64,000 nt of DNA from Tepidisphaera sp. (GCA_050916045.1 CP051526.1:672001-736000); one strand, 5' to 3'; positions 27,891-38,231 are shown, counted from the first letter of the stretch. Numbers and translations are program-made. Notes: generated by a model not told the origin, from the letters alone.

Positions 27891-29321
27891 ATGCTCGGAC
27901 GAATCTTCAAGGCCTACGACATCCGCGGCACCGTGCCGGACATGCTCAACGAATCCATGGCATGGCAGATCGGATACGGCGCAAGCAAGTACCTGCTCGG
28001 CGATGCACACGCCGCCGGCGAAACCACCCCGATGATGAAAAACATCGTCGTCGGTCGCGACATGCGAAGCCACTCCCCCGGCCTCGCCAAAGCCGTCATC
28101 CAAGGCATCAAGGACCAGGGCGGTCAGGTCATCGACGTGGGCATGGTCGACACCAGCTTCATCTACTTCGCCGTCAACCACCTCGACTGCGCAGGCGGAG
28201 TCATGGTCACCGCAAGCCACAACCCCCCCAACTACAACGGCTTCAAAATCTCCAAACGCAAAGCCAAGCCCGTCGGCGAAACCTCCGGTCTCGCCGAGAT
28301 CCGCAAACACGCCGCCATGGTCGACAAAGCCACCCTCGTCAAAGCCAACGGCCGAAGCGAGGAACGCGACCTCTGGAAGCCCTACGCCGAACACGTCCGC
28401 TCCTTCCTCAAGATCCCCGCCGGCCGCAAGCTCAAGGTCGTCATCGACGCCAGCAACGGCATGGCCGGAACCATGATCCCCAAGGTCTTCGGCAAGGAAT
28501 CCCCCATCGGCGCCGCGCAGGGCCTTGAGATCATCCCCCTCAACTTCGAGAACAACAAAAACGTCTTCGTCCACGAGCCCAACCCCCTCGTCGCCGCCAA
28601 CATGAAGTGGACCCAGGAAGCCGTCCTCAAGCACAAAGCCGACATCGGCTTCTGCTACGACGGCGACGCCGACCGCTGCTTCGCCGTCGACGAAAAGGGA
28701 GCCATCGTCGGCTGCGACCACCTCACCGTCCTCATGGGCCGCTATTTCCTCAAGGACAACCCCGGCGCCGCCATCGCCTACGACCTCCGCTCCACCAAAG
28801 CCGTCGAGGAAGACATCGTCAAAGCCGGCGGTCGCGCCGTCCGCGGCAAGGTCGGTCACGTCAACATGAAAGCCGCTCTCGCCGACCAGAACTGCATCTT
28901 CGGCGGCGAACTCTCCGGTCACTTCTACTTCCGCGACAACTACAACGCCGACAGCGGCGCCATCGCCATGTCCGTCATCCTTTCCATCCTCGGCCAGCAG
29001 TCCAAACACCTCTCCGAACTCATCAAGCCCATCGCCCGCTACGCCCAGTCCGGCGAGATCAACTTCAACATCGAGGACAAGGACGGCGCCCTCAACGCCA
29101 TCCGCAAGGAATACGGCCCCTCCAGCCCCCACGCCGGAAAGATCGATGAACTCGACGGCGTCACCGTCGATTGCTGGGCCAAAAGCGGCTGGTGGGCCAA
29201 CATCCGCAAGAGCAACACCGAACCCCTTCTCCGACTCAACGCCGAAGCCAAGGACAAGCCGACCCTCGACAAAATGGTCGCCATGCTCGCCCCGCGCCTC
29301 GGCCATAAGGTCGATCACTGA
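27891..29321 (+). CDS. Phosphomannomutase/phosphoglucomutase
   Basis: IFKAYDIRG, TASHNP, DGDADR, GELSGH, RKSNTEP. Confidence 0.93.
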   Translation: MLGRIFKAYDIRGTVPDMLNESMAWQIGYGASKYLLGDAHAAGETTPMMKNIVVGRDMRSHSPGLAKAVIQGIKDQGGQVIDVGMVDTSFIYFAVNHLDCAGGVMVTASHNPPNYNGFKISKRKAKPVGETSGLAEIRKHAAMVDKATLVKANGRSEERDLWKPYAEHVRSFLKIPAGRKLKVVIDASNGMAGTMIPKVFGKESPIGAAQGLEIIPLNFENNKNVFVHEPNPLVAANMKWTQEAVLKHKADIGFCYDGDADRCFAVDEKGAIVGCDHLTVLMGRYFLKDNPGAAIAYDLRSTKAVEEDIVKAGGRAVRGKVGHVNMKAALADQNCIFGGELSGHFYFRDNYNADSGAIAMSVILSILGQQSKHLSELIKPIARYAQSGEINFNIEDKDGALNAIRKEYGPSSPHAGKIDELDGVTVDCWAKSGWWANIRKSNTEPLLRLNAEAKDKPTLDKMVAMLAPRLGHKVDH

Positions 29322-29327
29322 GCGGCG

Positions 29328-29361
29328 GTCACGGAGTGACTTCGTGACTCCGTGACTTCTT
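29328..29361 (+). terminator. Hairpin / possible terminator
   Basis: GTCACGGAGT-N9-ACTCCGTGAC followed by TTCTT. Confidence 0.5.
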
Positions 29362-29368
29362 ACCTCCC

Positions 29369-30970
29369 ATGACCCTCCAAGAATTCCTCAACCACTGGAA
29401 CCTCGTCGAAAGCCCGTTCCAGGGTGAGGAAGCCCGCACGGACCGCGTCTTTGGCCGCATGAACGGCCAGGTCGCCCCCTCGATCGCCCCCGCCGAGGGC
29501 GCCGCTCCCCTCGCCTCCTACCACCCCGAGTTCGACCGCATCCTCGGCGACCCCGGCCTGCCCTCTTCCGCCGTCGTCTTCGGCGAAAAAGGAAGCGGCA
29601 AGACCGCCGTCCGCCTCCAGATCGCCGCCCGCATCCGCGATCACAACGCCGAGAATCCCGACCAGAAGATCCTCCTCGTCAGCATGGATGACCTCACACC
29701 CATGCTCACGCGCCTCCACGACCGCTACGCCGGCAAGACCCCGCTCGAGAGCTTCCAGCGCACCCGCGTCGTCGACCACCTCGACGCCGCGATGCAGTCC
29801 GTCGTCGGTCGCCTCACCGATGCCATGCTCGGCGATCCGCAGCCCGAAGCCTCGAGCGAGCAGATGGTCTCGATCGGCCCCGAGCCCAAGAAACGCCTCC
29901 GCGCCCTCGACGTCCAGATCCGCCGCGATCTCCTCCTGCTCCAGGCCCTCTACGACCGCCCCGCCCAGGCCGATGAGCGAACCCGCCGCCTGCGCCGCCG
30001 CCTGGGCATCCGCGCCTCGGTCACGGACCTCATCGCCCGCGTCATCCTCCTCGTCCTGCCGCTCGCGATCATCGCCTTTGGCCTCTGGGGCCAGTTCCGC
30101 CAGGACCCGATGATCCGCCAGGCCGAGTGGTTCAAGTGGTCGCTTTTGGTCGCCTCGGGCCTGTACGGCCTGCTGCTGCTTGGCTACATCTCCAAGCAGG
30201 TGATCGCCGTGCGTCAGCTCGGCCGCCGCGTCCGCAAGCAGATGCCCGTGTGCGGCCGCGGGTTCCGAAGCTTCGCCCGCTCGCTCTCGATGGTGGGGGG
30301 GTCGAATCGCGCCCAGGTCCCCACCAGCGACAGCCCGGACGGCCGCCTTTCGCTCCTCGGCAAGCTCCGCCGCGCGATGTCGCTCATGGGCTTTGCCGGG
30401 CTGGTCATCGTCATCGACCGCGTCGATGAGCCGCCGCTGATCGCCGGCGATGTCGACCGGATGAAGCACGTGATCTGGCCGCTCCTCAACAACCGCGTCC
30501 TCCAGATGGAAGGGGTCGGCTTCAAGCTGCTCCTCCCCATCGAGCTCCGCCACGCGCTGTACAAAGAGTCCAACTCCTTCTTCCAGGAAGCCCGCCTTGA
30601 CAAGCAGGGCTTCGTCGACCGCTTGTCGTGGTCGGGCACGAGCCTCTACGACCTCTGCAACGGCCGCTTGCGTGCCTGCACGCGAGCCGCGGCCTTGGGC
30701 CTCACCAACGCCCACGCGGGCTTGTCGCTCATCGACCTCTTCGCGGATGATGTGACGCGTCAGGACTTGGTTGATGCACTTGAGCAAATGCACCAGCCCC
30801 GCGACGCCTTCAAGCTCATGCACCGCGCGATCGTCGAACACTGCTCCTCCGCTTCGCCCGATGGCGGCGGGGGCGGCCAGTGGAAGATCCCCCGGTACAT
30901 CCTTGAGGTGGTCAAGAAGCAGGAAGTCGAACGAGTCCAGGGTCTCTACCGCGGCATCAGGCCGGCGTGA
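29369..30970 (+). CDS. P-loop NTPase with two inserted transmembrane helices (KAP-like topology)
   Basis: Walker A GEKGSGKT, two hydrophobic helices mid-protein, Walker B VIVIDRVDE. Confidence 0.65.
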   Translation: MTLQEFLNHWNLVESPFQGEEARTDRVFGRMNGQVAPSIAPAEGAAPLASYHPEFDRILGDPGLPSSAVVFGEKGSGKTAVRLQIAARIRDHNAENPDQKILLVSMDDLTPMLTRLHDRYAGKTPLESFQRTRVVDHLDAAMQSVVGRLTDAMLGDPQPEASSEQMVSIGPEPKKRLRALDVQIRRDLLLLQALYDRPAQADERTRRLRRRLGIRASVTDLIARVILLVLPLAIIAFGLWGQFRQDPMIRQAEWFKWSLLVASGLYGLLLLGYISKQVIAVRQLGRRVRKQMPVCGRGFRSFARSLSMVGGSNRAQVPTSDSPDGRLSLLGKLRRAMSLMGFAGLVIVIDRVDEPPLIAGDVDRMKHVIWPLLNNRVLQMEGVGFKLLLPIELRHALYKESNSFFQEARLDKQGFVDRLSWSGTSLYDLCNGRLRACTRAAALGLTNAHAGLSLIDLFADDVTRQDLVDALEQMHQPRDAFKLMHRAIVEHCSSASPDGGGGGQWKIPRYILEVVKKQEVERVQGLYRGIRPA

Positions 30971-31005
30971 ATAGCATGAAAGACGCGTAACAGCGGAGGT
31001 TGGCA

Positions 31006-31305
31006 ATGACGCTCGGAACGTGGCTCGGGATGATACTAGGGTCCCTGCTTGACCCAGGTTTGTTCGTGGTGATGCTGGTCGTCGTGTTTCTGACTCGGCA
31101 AGCATGGATTGTGTTTGCAGTCGCTTTCGCGCTTTGCCTACTCGCCGGGTTGTACATGGCGTCCGTAGATCCGCAGTACTGGAGCAACCGCTTCTTGATT
31201 GATCTCATCGCGACTCCCATTCGGGCTGGTTTGCTGTACTCGGTTCGGTACTTCTGGTCCAAGCCTAAAGTTGCGGACGGCAAATCAACTCACCATGGCG
31301 GCTGA
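31006..31305 (+). CDS. Small hypothetical membrane protein (AT-richer)
   Basis: Largely hydrophobic ~100-aa ORF with GGAGG upstream; atypical codon usage. Confidence 0.55.
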   Translation: MTLGTWLGMILGSLLDPGLFVVMLVVVFLTRQAWIVFAVAFALCLLAGLYMASVDPQYWSNRFLIDLIATPIRAGLLYSVRYFWSKPKVADGKSTHHGG

Positions 31306-31340
31306 TTCGGTCGGCGGTAGTCCATAGGGACCAACGGAAA

Positions 31341-31733
31341 ATGAAGACGTTAAGAGAACTCCTCAAGCGTTTTTTGACTCCCGGAGATCCGGTGGCTTGG
31401 AGTTTTCATCACTGGGGAACTCTAAACGACCCGGAGATGATTAGGGTCGACTCAAAGAACCGGCTTGACAAACTTGCAACCACGCTCAAGTGGTGTGCTG
31501 CGTGTTGCTTCATGTTCGCTGCAGGGGCTGGCACCCTTCTGGTAAAGTCGGGAAGCAACGGTGAAGGGTCGTCGATTGGCTTGGGCGGCTTTTGCTGTAT
31601 CGCAGTTTTTCTGCTATTGGCTTATGTTTATGGGCTAAACGTGGAGTTCTACCAGCAAGCAACGGAGTCCTGGCACACCGGCCAAAAATACAAGCAGGAA
31701 CTCAGGCAGGCGACGCCGACGCCGCGCCCATAG
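31341..31733 (+). CDS. Hypothetical two-TM membrane protein (AT-richer)
   Basis: 130-aa ORF with two hydrophobic segments; atypical codon usage. Confidence 0.55.
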   Translation: MKTLRELLKRFLTPGDPVAWSFHHWGTLNDPEMIRVDSKNRLDKLATTLKWCAACCFMFAAGAGTLLVKSGSNGEGSSIGLGGFCCIAVFLLLAYVYGLNVEFYQQATESWHTGQKYKQELRQATPTPRP

Positions 31734-31880
31734 GCCGGGTGCCGGGTGCCGCGAGCTGGGTTGCTTCGACTCCACTCGTGGTTGGGCGTTGGCCATGACA
31801 TGGTACCAGTAGACGCCGAGTGCATCTGTCGCGAAAACTGGCCAAAGGCGTGGCGTCAACTGGTGGCAACCAGCTGCGAT

Positions 31881-32038
31881 GAAGGAGCCGGGGGCAACGC
31901 CCCCGGTCAAGACGCGCACACGCCATGGGCCCTGCAAGGGTCCGATCCCCCCGTTTCGCGCGAGCGGTTCGACCCCTGCGGGGTCGTGTGGTGCGCTGCG
32001 CGTTGCCCCCGGCTACTGGCGATGACCCCGTCGGGGTC
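31881..32038. repeat. REP/REPIN-like palindromic element, copy A
   Basis: AGCCGGGGGCAACGCCCCCGGT (31886-31907), partial inverted copy at 32000-32014, internal GACCCC..GGGGTC hairpins. Confidence 0.75.
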
Positions 32039-32232
32039 TTTCGGACTCGGTCTGCCAGGCGTGTAACCACCACTCCCGAGCGCACCAAAACCGACTCGCG
32101 CCACGATTCGATCTACCGCGTGCGGCGGCTGTGTCTGGGGCCTCGGGTGCCTGATGAATCCGGCCGCGCCACGGGGCATGCACGGCCCCGCGTTTGCAAA
32201 TCGGGTCTGGTGCGCACGAACTCGGCGCTTGC

Positions 32233-32769
32233 TCAGAGCTTCGTGATCGCTTCGAGCTCGACCCGTCTCATCGCGCACCACGCGATCGCGATCGCGTCCG
32301 CGACGTCGGGCGGGCTTGGCGGTTCGGCCAGGCCAAAGAGCGACTGCACCGCCCGCTGCATCTGGTCCTTCTTCGCCAGGCCGTGGCCGGTCATGCCCTT
32401 CTTGACGAGGTTGGGCTTGAACTCAAGCAGCGGTAGCCCGGCTTGTCGGATGGCCAGCAGCACCACACCCCGCCCGTGCCCCATCACGATCGCCGTCGCG
32501 GGATGGTCGTAGTGGGAGAAGATCGATTCGACCGCGACCGCGTCGGGCTTGGTGCGTTCCAGAAGCGAGCGGAAGTCCCGGTCCAGTTCATCCAGCCGGG
32601 CCGACACGCTCGCCGCATCCTCGCTGTCGCCGCTCGCTCCCTTTTTGCCCAAGCGGAAAACGCCCGCTTCCACGATGCGGACACGCTCACCGCCCGGCGT
32701 CACGCCCTGATCATCGAGACAGGCGTAGCCCGTCAGCCGAAGTCCGGGATCGATGCCGACGACTCGCAT
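32233..32769 (-). CDS. ruvC: Holliday junction resolvase RuvC
   Basis: VVGIDPG..TGY, AVE, GHGRGV, VKK..TG.G.AKK.Q, DVADAIAIA. Confidence 0.93.
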   Translation of the reverse strand: MRVVGIDPGLRLTGYACLDDQGVTPGGERVRIVEAGVFRLGKKGASGDSEDAASVSARLDELDRDFRSLLERTKPDAVAVESIFSHYDHPATAIVMGHGRGVVLLAIRQAGLPLLEFKPNLVKKGMTGHGLAKKDQMQRAVQSLFGLAEPPSPPDVADAIAIAWCAMRRVELEAITKL

Positions 32770-32820
32770 GGGCACAAGTGTACTCGGCGATCGGGCGGCC
32801 TCGGCATGAGTCCATCCCGA

Positions 32821-33486
32821 TCAGGCGTGGTTCGCCGCCGCGTAGTGCTTGAGGAAGTTCACGACCGTCTTCGCCATCGCATCGCACTCGAGGTTCACCC
32901 CGTCGCCCACCCGGAGCGAGCCGAGGTTGGTCTTGGCGAGCGTCGTGGGGATGAGAGCCACCTCGAACCACCCGCCGGATCCGGCACTCCCGTGGTGGAT
33001 CCCCGCGATCGTGAGCGACACGCCCGCGAGCGTGACCGACCCCTTGGGCACGATGAACGGCATCAGCTCCGCCGGCGGGGCGAGCCGTACCCGCCACTCC
33101 GGCGTCGTCTGGACCGAAAGCACCTTCGCGACCCCGTCGATGTGCCCCTGCACCACATGCCCATCCAGAAGCGTCGAAGCCGTCGCCGCTTGTTCGAGGT
33201 GGACGAGCGACCCCGGCATCAGGCCGCCCAAGGTCGTCAGCCGGAGCGTCTCGGGCACGACGTCAAACCCCAGAACGCCGCTGGCGTCCGGATCGGCGAC
33301 CACCGTGAGGCAGCACCCATCCACCGCGATCGAGTCCCCGGCTCCGGGCCGCACGGGGAACGCCAAACCGGCGGGCTCGGCGGGGGAGACCGTCAGCCGG
33401 AGCAATCCTGAAGCCGTTCCCGAAGCTCCGGCGAGCGGCTGGATGGCCTGAACGCGGCCGAGATGTCGGATGATCCCTGTGAACAT
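32821..33486 (-). CDS. ribE: Riboflavin synthase (alpha chain)
   Basis: MFTGII, GDSIAVDGCCLTV, GHVVQGHID, KGSVTLAGVSLT. Confidence 0.95.
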   Translation of the reverse strand: MFTGIIRHLGRVQAIQPLAGASGTASGLLRLTVSPAEPAGLAFPVRPGAGDSIAVDGCCLTVVADPDASGVLGFDVVPETLRLTTLGGLMPGSLVHLEQAATASTLLDGHVVQGHIDGVAKVLSVQTTPEWRVRLAPPAELMPFIVPKGSVTLAGVSLTIAGIHHGSAGSGGWFEVALIPTTLAKTNLGSLRVGDGVNLECDAMAKTVVNFLKHYAAANHA

Positions 33487-33711
33487 GCGTGGAACTGTCA
33501 GGGGGCCGGGTGCGGAGGTAAAGGGCTGATCGGGGGCGGGTGGGGCCCTACCCTTCGGCCCTCAGCGACGGACGAGGCAGTGTCGAGGCGGGGGTGCGGT
33601 TTGACGCCCGCCCGAAAAGCGGCGATACTGCCCGTCCCTGTCCGAGATGCCTGCCTTTCCTCCCTGTGTTCCTAACACGGGGCGAACAGAACGACCGGAG
33701 ACTTCGACGCC

Positions 33712-34854
33712 ATGACGATCCAGACCCTTCGCCTCCCCATCGCTCTTGTCCTCACGGCTGCCGCGCTGGCGGGGGTGGGCGGGTGCACTTCCACGGTCGA
33801 CACGGGTCCGCAGGCGCCGGCCGACATCGACGCCCGCCGCTCGGGCTTCCCGATCAATGACGAGGATTTCGCCCGGATCGGTTACCGCCGCGACTGGCTT
33901 GGCTTTCCGGTGGTGACCACCGGCGGGCGGATCACGCATGTGCACATCGGCAAGGACGCGATCGGCGTGATGGAGTCGGGCTCGACCGCGACGGTGCTCG
34001 AAGCAAGCACGGGCGAGCGTCGCTGGTCCAACCAGCTTGCCAACAAGCTGACGCGCTTCGTGTCGATGTCGCGGGTGGACGGCCAGCTTCTGGCGTGTGC
34101 GGAAGCTGAAGTGATCGGCCTGCGTGTGGACAGCGGGGACATCATCGCCCGCCAGGGGTATTCCCGTGTGGTGAACACCGAGCCGGTGCTTGTCGGCAAG
34201 TCCGCGATCTTCGGAACGGCGAGCGGCCATGTGATCTCCCACGGCCTTGGGCTTGGGTTCCAGGACTGGGCGTTCACGACGGGAGTGTCGGTGAGCCGTG
34301 ATCCGGTGATGGTCGCGGGCAGCGTCGGCGTGGTGAACGACCGCGGCGAAGCGTACTTCCTTGATCCTCTGAACGGGAGCATCGTGGGCCGGAGCCGGGC
34401 GATGTACGACGGGTCGGCTTTCAACCCTGTGGCGGCCGGGGACCTGATGGTGGTGGCTTCGCGGGATCAGTCGCTTTACGCGTTCCGCTCGAATTCCGAG
34501 CGGCCGGTGTGGCAGTATCGCTCGTCGGTTCGGCCCGCGTCGCAGCCGTCGTACGCAAACGGCGTGGTGTACTGCGAGATCGAGGGGAACCTGATGGCTT
34601 TCGACGCTCCGACGGGAGCGGTGAAGTGGAAGTCCGAGGGCACGATCGGTTCGGTGGTGGCGCTGAGCCAGGGCCGTCTGGTGGTGCGTCAGGGCAACGC
34701 GCTCACGCTGGTTGATGCGGGGAGCGGCGATGTCCTCGAGACGATCTCGGTGCCGGGCATGTTCGAGGTGGTGACCGAGAGCAAGAACCCCGCCGAGGGC
34801 AACCTGTACATCGTGAGCACCGGCGGCCTTCTGGCCAAGTTCATCCCGCGGTAG
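33712..34854 (+). CDS. PQQ-like beta-propeller lipoprotein (BamB-like)
   Basis: Lipobox AGVGGC; repeats of A-x-x-x-x-T-G-x-x-x-W. Confidence 0.75.
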   Translation: MTIQTLRLPIALVLTAAALAGVGGCTSTVDTGPQAPADIDARRSGFPINDEDFARIGYRRDWLGFPVVTTGGRITHVHIGKDAIGVMESGSTATVLEASTGERRWSNQLANKLTRFVSMSRVDGQLLACAEAEVIGLRVDSGDIIARQGYSRVVNTEPVLVGKSAIFGTASGHVISHGLGLGFQDWAFTTGVSVSRDPVMVAGSVGVVNDRGEAYFLDPLNGSIVGRSRAMYDGSAFNPVAAGDLMVVASRDQSLYAFRSNSERPVWQYRSSVRPASQPSYANGVVYCEIEGNLMAFDAPTGAVKWKSEGTIGSVVALSQGRLVVRQGNALTLVDAGSGDVLETISVPGMFEVVTESKNPAEGNLYIVSTGGLLAKFIPR

Positions 34855-34889
34855 AGCTGGCGGTCAGGCCCCGCGTTCCGGCCCCACGT

Positions 34890-35117
34890 TCAGCGACCCG
34901 AAGAGCATGAGCCCTTTCCCTTTCCGCACGGGCAGCACCCGCCGGACGAGGATGCGCCGCCGCCTGGCTTGCCGCCGGTCGCGAAGGACGAGAACTTTCG
35001 CACAAACGTCCGGCCGCGGCCTTCCGGGTCGGTGACGGGGGCGTCGGCTTGGGAAGCCGGACGCAGAAGCTCGATCGTTGTTCCGTCCTGCAGGGACTCG
35101 TACTCGTAAAGCGGCAT
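34890..35117 (-). CDS. FmdB-family small regulatory protein
   Basis: MPLYEYE...RKFSSF pattern; C-terminal GGCCPCG..SC. Confidence 0.65.
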   Translation of the reverse strand: MPLYEYESLQDGTTIELLRPASQADAPVTDPEGRGRTFVRKFSSFATGGKPGGGASSSGGCCPCGKGKGSCSSGR

Positions 35118-35255
35118 GGGGTCTCTCCGGTCCGCCCGGGCGGGCGGTTCTGGCCTGTTCCGGCCCGGGTTTGAGATCGTAGATCGAGCATCGGCCGGGG
35201 TGGATGCTGGAATTCCCCCTTTCTGCTACGCTTGGGAGCAAGGCACGGAGGCTGA

Positions 35256-38231
35256 TTGCTCGACACTTGTCCGACATGTCTGGCGTTTTTGAAGCCGCAG
35301 ACCAAGGAATGCCCGGTCTGCGGGACGCTTGTCCAATCGAGAGCTCCGGAACCGGCGGCACCCGCGGCGGCGTCGCTGCCTCCCCAGCCTTCCGTTCCGC
35401 CGCCGCCGCCCGCGTCGATCCCGCCGATGTCCCCGCCGGTTCCGCCTCCGGCGAGCACGGTGGAGGACATGCAGGCGACGGCGGCACAACTGCCCAGGCC
35501 GCCGCAGGGGAGCCCCAAGCCGCAGGCGGCGGGCGATCTGATCTTCACGGCCGGAGGTGCGGCCGAGACCGCGCCGGGCCGCCCGATCACGCAGCGGTCG
35601 GCGGCGGTTCAGCCCAACAGCTTGGTGATGGCCGGCGGGCAGGCGAATCAGCAGGTGGTGATCGGCGGGACGAGCCCCGCTCTCAACAGCAACGACCGGC
35701 ACGCGGCGATGCTTGGGACGACGCCGCTTCTGGATCTCGGGAGGTTTGTGCCGGGGACGATGCTGGGGCAGCGGTACCGCATCGCGGGGCGGCTGGGCAA
35801 GGGCGGGATGGGCGAGGTGTACCGCGCGGATGATCTGAAGCTTGGTCAGTCGGTGGCGATGAAGTTCCTTCCGGAAGAGCTTTCGCAGGACAATGCGTCG
35901 CTGACGCGGCTGATCAACGAGGTGAAGATCGCGCGGCAGGTGAGCCATCCGAACGTGTGCCGGGTGTACGACATCGGCGACATGGACGGGCTGCACTTCA
36001 TCTCGATGGAGTACGTGGACGGGGAGGATCTGGGGACGCTGCTTCGGCGCATCGGGCGATTGCCGCACGACAAAGCGGTGCAGATCGCGCGGCAGATGTG
36101 TGCGGGGATGCAGGCCGCCCATGAGAAGGGCGTGCTTCACCGCGACCTCAAGCCGGCGAACATCATGATCGACGGCCGCGGGGCGGTGCGGATCATGGAT
36201 TTCGGGCTGGCGGGCCTGGCGGAGGAGCTCAAGCAGGAGGGGAGCCGCGCGGGGACGCCGGCGTACATGGCTCCCGAGCAGCTTCAGGGCAAGGGCGTGA
36301 CGGCGCGGAGCGACATCTACTCGCTGGGCCTGGTGCTCTACGAGATGTTCACGGGCAAGCCGGCGTACCGGCCGCAGTCGATGGCGGATCTGGTGGCGCT
36401 GCACGAGAAGCCGCTACCGTCGGCGCGGACGATCGTGCCGGAGATTCCTGAAGAGGCGGACGCGGCGATCATGCGGTGCATCGAGCGGGAGCCGGCGGCG
36501 CGGCACGGTTCGGCGCTGCAGGTTGCGGCGGCGCTGGGCGGGCAGGACCCGCTGGCGGCGGCGCTGGCCGCGGGCGAGATGCCGAGCCCCGAGCTTGTCG
36601 CGGCTTCGGGCGGCAAGGGGACGCTTTCGTTTGGCGCGGCCGCGGGCGTGCTGGGCGCGGTGATCATGGCGCTGCTGGTGATCGCGGGGCTGAATCCGAA
36701 AGCGAAGCTTTATGAGATCGACCGGCCGGTGCATCCGAGCCGGCTTGAGGAGCGGGCTCAGGACGCGCTGAAGAAGGTCAGCGCGGATCGCGCCGATGCG
36801 GACACGGCGTGGGGGTTTTATGAGGAGCGTCTGACGACGGACGCAAAGAGCGGATCTTCGCCGCCGCCGCTTGCGGCGATGCGGTACTGGTATCGCCAGA
36901 GCCCAACGCCGCTGCTCAGCACGTCTGCCGATCGTCCGCTTGGTCCTTCGGAGCCTCCGAGCGTGAAGGCGGGGATGAACCTCGTCGTGCTCGACGCCGA
37001 GGGGCGTCTGGTGAAGCTTGAGAGTTCTCCGACGCGGACGCCGGGCGTCGAAGGGGCGGGCTCAGCCAAGCCTGACTTCTCGGGGCTGCTCGCGATCGCG
37101 TCGGTTCCTCCGGGAGATCCGACGCCGGTTCCGTCGGCGATCGTTCCGCGCGTCGCCGCCGATTCGCGGGCCGCGTGGGAGTGGAAGGATGCCGAGGGCC
37201 GCACGGTGCACGTTGAAGCGGCGGCGGTGGGGCCCACGCCGGTTTACTTCGAGGTCTTTCCGCGGTGGACGGGCGCTCCCGACTCGGGGGCTGATGTGGG
37301 TCAGGGCGTGGAGGGGTTCTTCGTCGCGATGCTTCTGTATCTCCTGATCTACGGGGGGCCGATCGCGCTGGCGTGGTACAACTGGAAGCTGGGCCGCGGC
37401 GATCGTCGGGGCGCGATCCGACTGGCGCTGGTGGTGTTTGCGGGGAGCGTGGTTTCGTGGTTCCTGCAGACGCGGCTTGTGGTGGATGGGGCGTTCTTTG
37501 GTCTGCTTGATCCGGTGCTTGGCAAGTCGCTTTATTCGGCCGCGTACATGTGGCTTTTGTACATGGCGATCGAGCCGTTCATTCGGCAGGCGTGGCCTCA
37601 GTCGCTGATCTCGTGGAGCCGGCTGCTTTCGGGCGAGGTTCGCGACGGGTTGGTGGGTCGCGACCTTCTGTTCGGGTGTGCGCTGGGGGCGGGCTGGACG
37701 ATTCTGGTTCAGCTGCTTTACACGTTCGGTGGGTCGCCGCAGCCGTTGCCGCTTGCGGGTTCGCCGGAGATGCTGGTGGGTCTGCGGCCGGCGATCGGCG
37801 GGCTGATCGAGGTGGCCCGGGACGCGGTGCTTTACATCTTCATCATTCTGCTTCTGGTGCCGATCAGCCGGGGGATCATGAAGAAGCTGGTGCCGCCGGC
37901 GGCGGTGGTGTTCGTGGTTTTGGCGGCAGTGTTCGTGCTGCTCTTGGCGCAGCAGTCGGGCCGGGGGACGGGCAACGGCGTGGCGGTGGTGGGAGTGGCG
38001 GGGGTGGTTCTGGCGTTGGCGGCGGCGTATGTGCTGACGCGGTTTGGGGCGCTGATGTTGATGGCGGCGTTCTTCACGGCGGGCGTGCTGCTTTCGTACC
38101 CGTTGACGCTGAACACGGGGAGCTGGTACTTCGGCCCAAGCACGGTCGCGGCGCTGGCGGTGGCGGGGTTGGCGGCGTTCGGGTTCCGCCGCACGATTGC
38201 ACGCCGAACGATGCCGGCCGGATGGAACTGA
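35256..38231 (+). CDS. Hanks-type Ser/Thr protein kinase with N-terminal zinc ribbon and multi-TM C-terminus
   Basis: GKGGMGEVY, VAMK, HRDLKPAN, DFG, GTPAYMAPE; CPTC/CPVC N-terminus; many hydrophobic helices. Confidence 0.92.
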   Translation: MLDTCPTCLAFLKPQTKECPVCGTLVQSRAPEPAAPAAASLPPQPSVPPPPPASIPPMSPPVPPPASTVEDMQATAAQLPRPPQGSPKPQAAGDLIFTAGGAAETAPGRPITQRSAAVQPNSLVMAGGQANQQVVIGGTSPALNSNDRHAAMLGTTPLLDLGRFVPGTMLGQRYRIAGRLGKGGMGEVYRADDLKLGQSVAMKFLPEELSQDNASLTRLINEVKIARQVSHPNVCRVYDIGDMDGLHFISMEYVDGEDLGTLLRRIGRLPHDKAVQIARQMCAGMQAAHEKGVLHRDLKPANIMIDGRGAVRIMDFGLAGLAEELKQEGSRAGTPAYMAPEQLQGKGVTARSDIYSLGLVLYEMFTGKPAYRPQSMADLVALHEKPLPSARTIVPEIPEEADAAIMRCIEREPAARHGSALQVAAALGGQDPLAAALAAGEMPSPELVAASGGKGTLSFGAAAGVLGAVIMALLVIAGLNPKAKLYEIDRPVHPSRLEERAQDALKKVSADRADADTAWGFYEERLTTDAKSGSSPPPLAAMRYWYRQSPTPLLSTSADRPLGPSEPPSVKAGMNLVVLDAEGRLVKLESSPTRTPGVEGAGSAKPDFSGLLAIASVPPGDPTPVPSAIVPRVAADSRAAWEWKDAEGRTVHVEAAAVGPTPVYFEVFPRWTGAPDSGADVGQGVEGFFVAMLLYLLIYGGPIALAWYNWKLGRGDRRGAIRLALVVFAGSVVSWFLQTRLVVDGAFFGLLDPVLGKSLYSAAYMWLLYMAIEPFIRQAWPQSLISWSRLLSGEVRDGLVGRDLLFGCALGAGWTILVQLLYTFGGSPQPLPLAGSPEMLVGLRPAIGGLIEVARDAVLYIFIILLLVPISRGIMKKLVPPAAVVFVVLAAVFVLLLAQQSGRGTGNGVAVVGVAGVVLALAAAYVLTRFGALMLMAAFFTAGVLLSYPLTLNTGSWYFGPSTVAALAVAGLAAFGFRRTIARRTMPAGWN

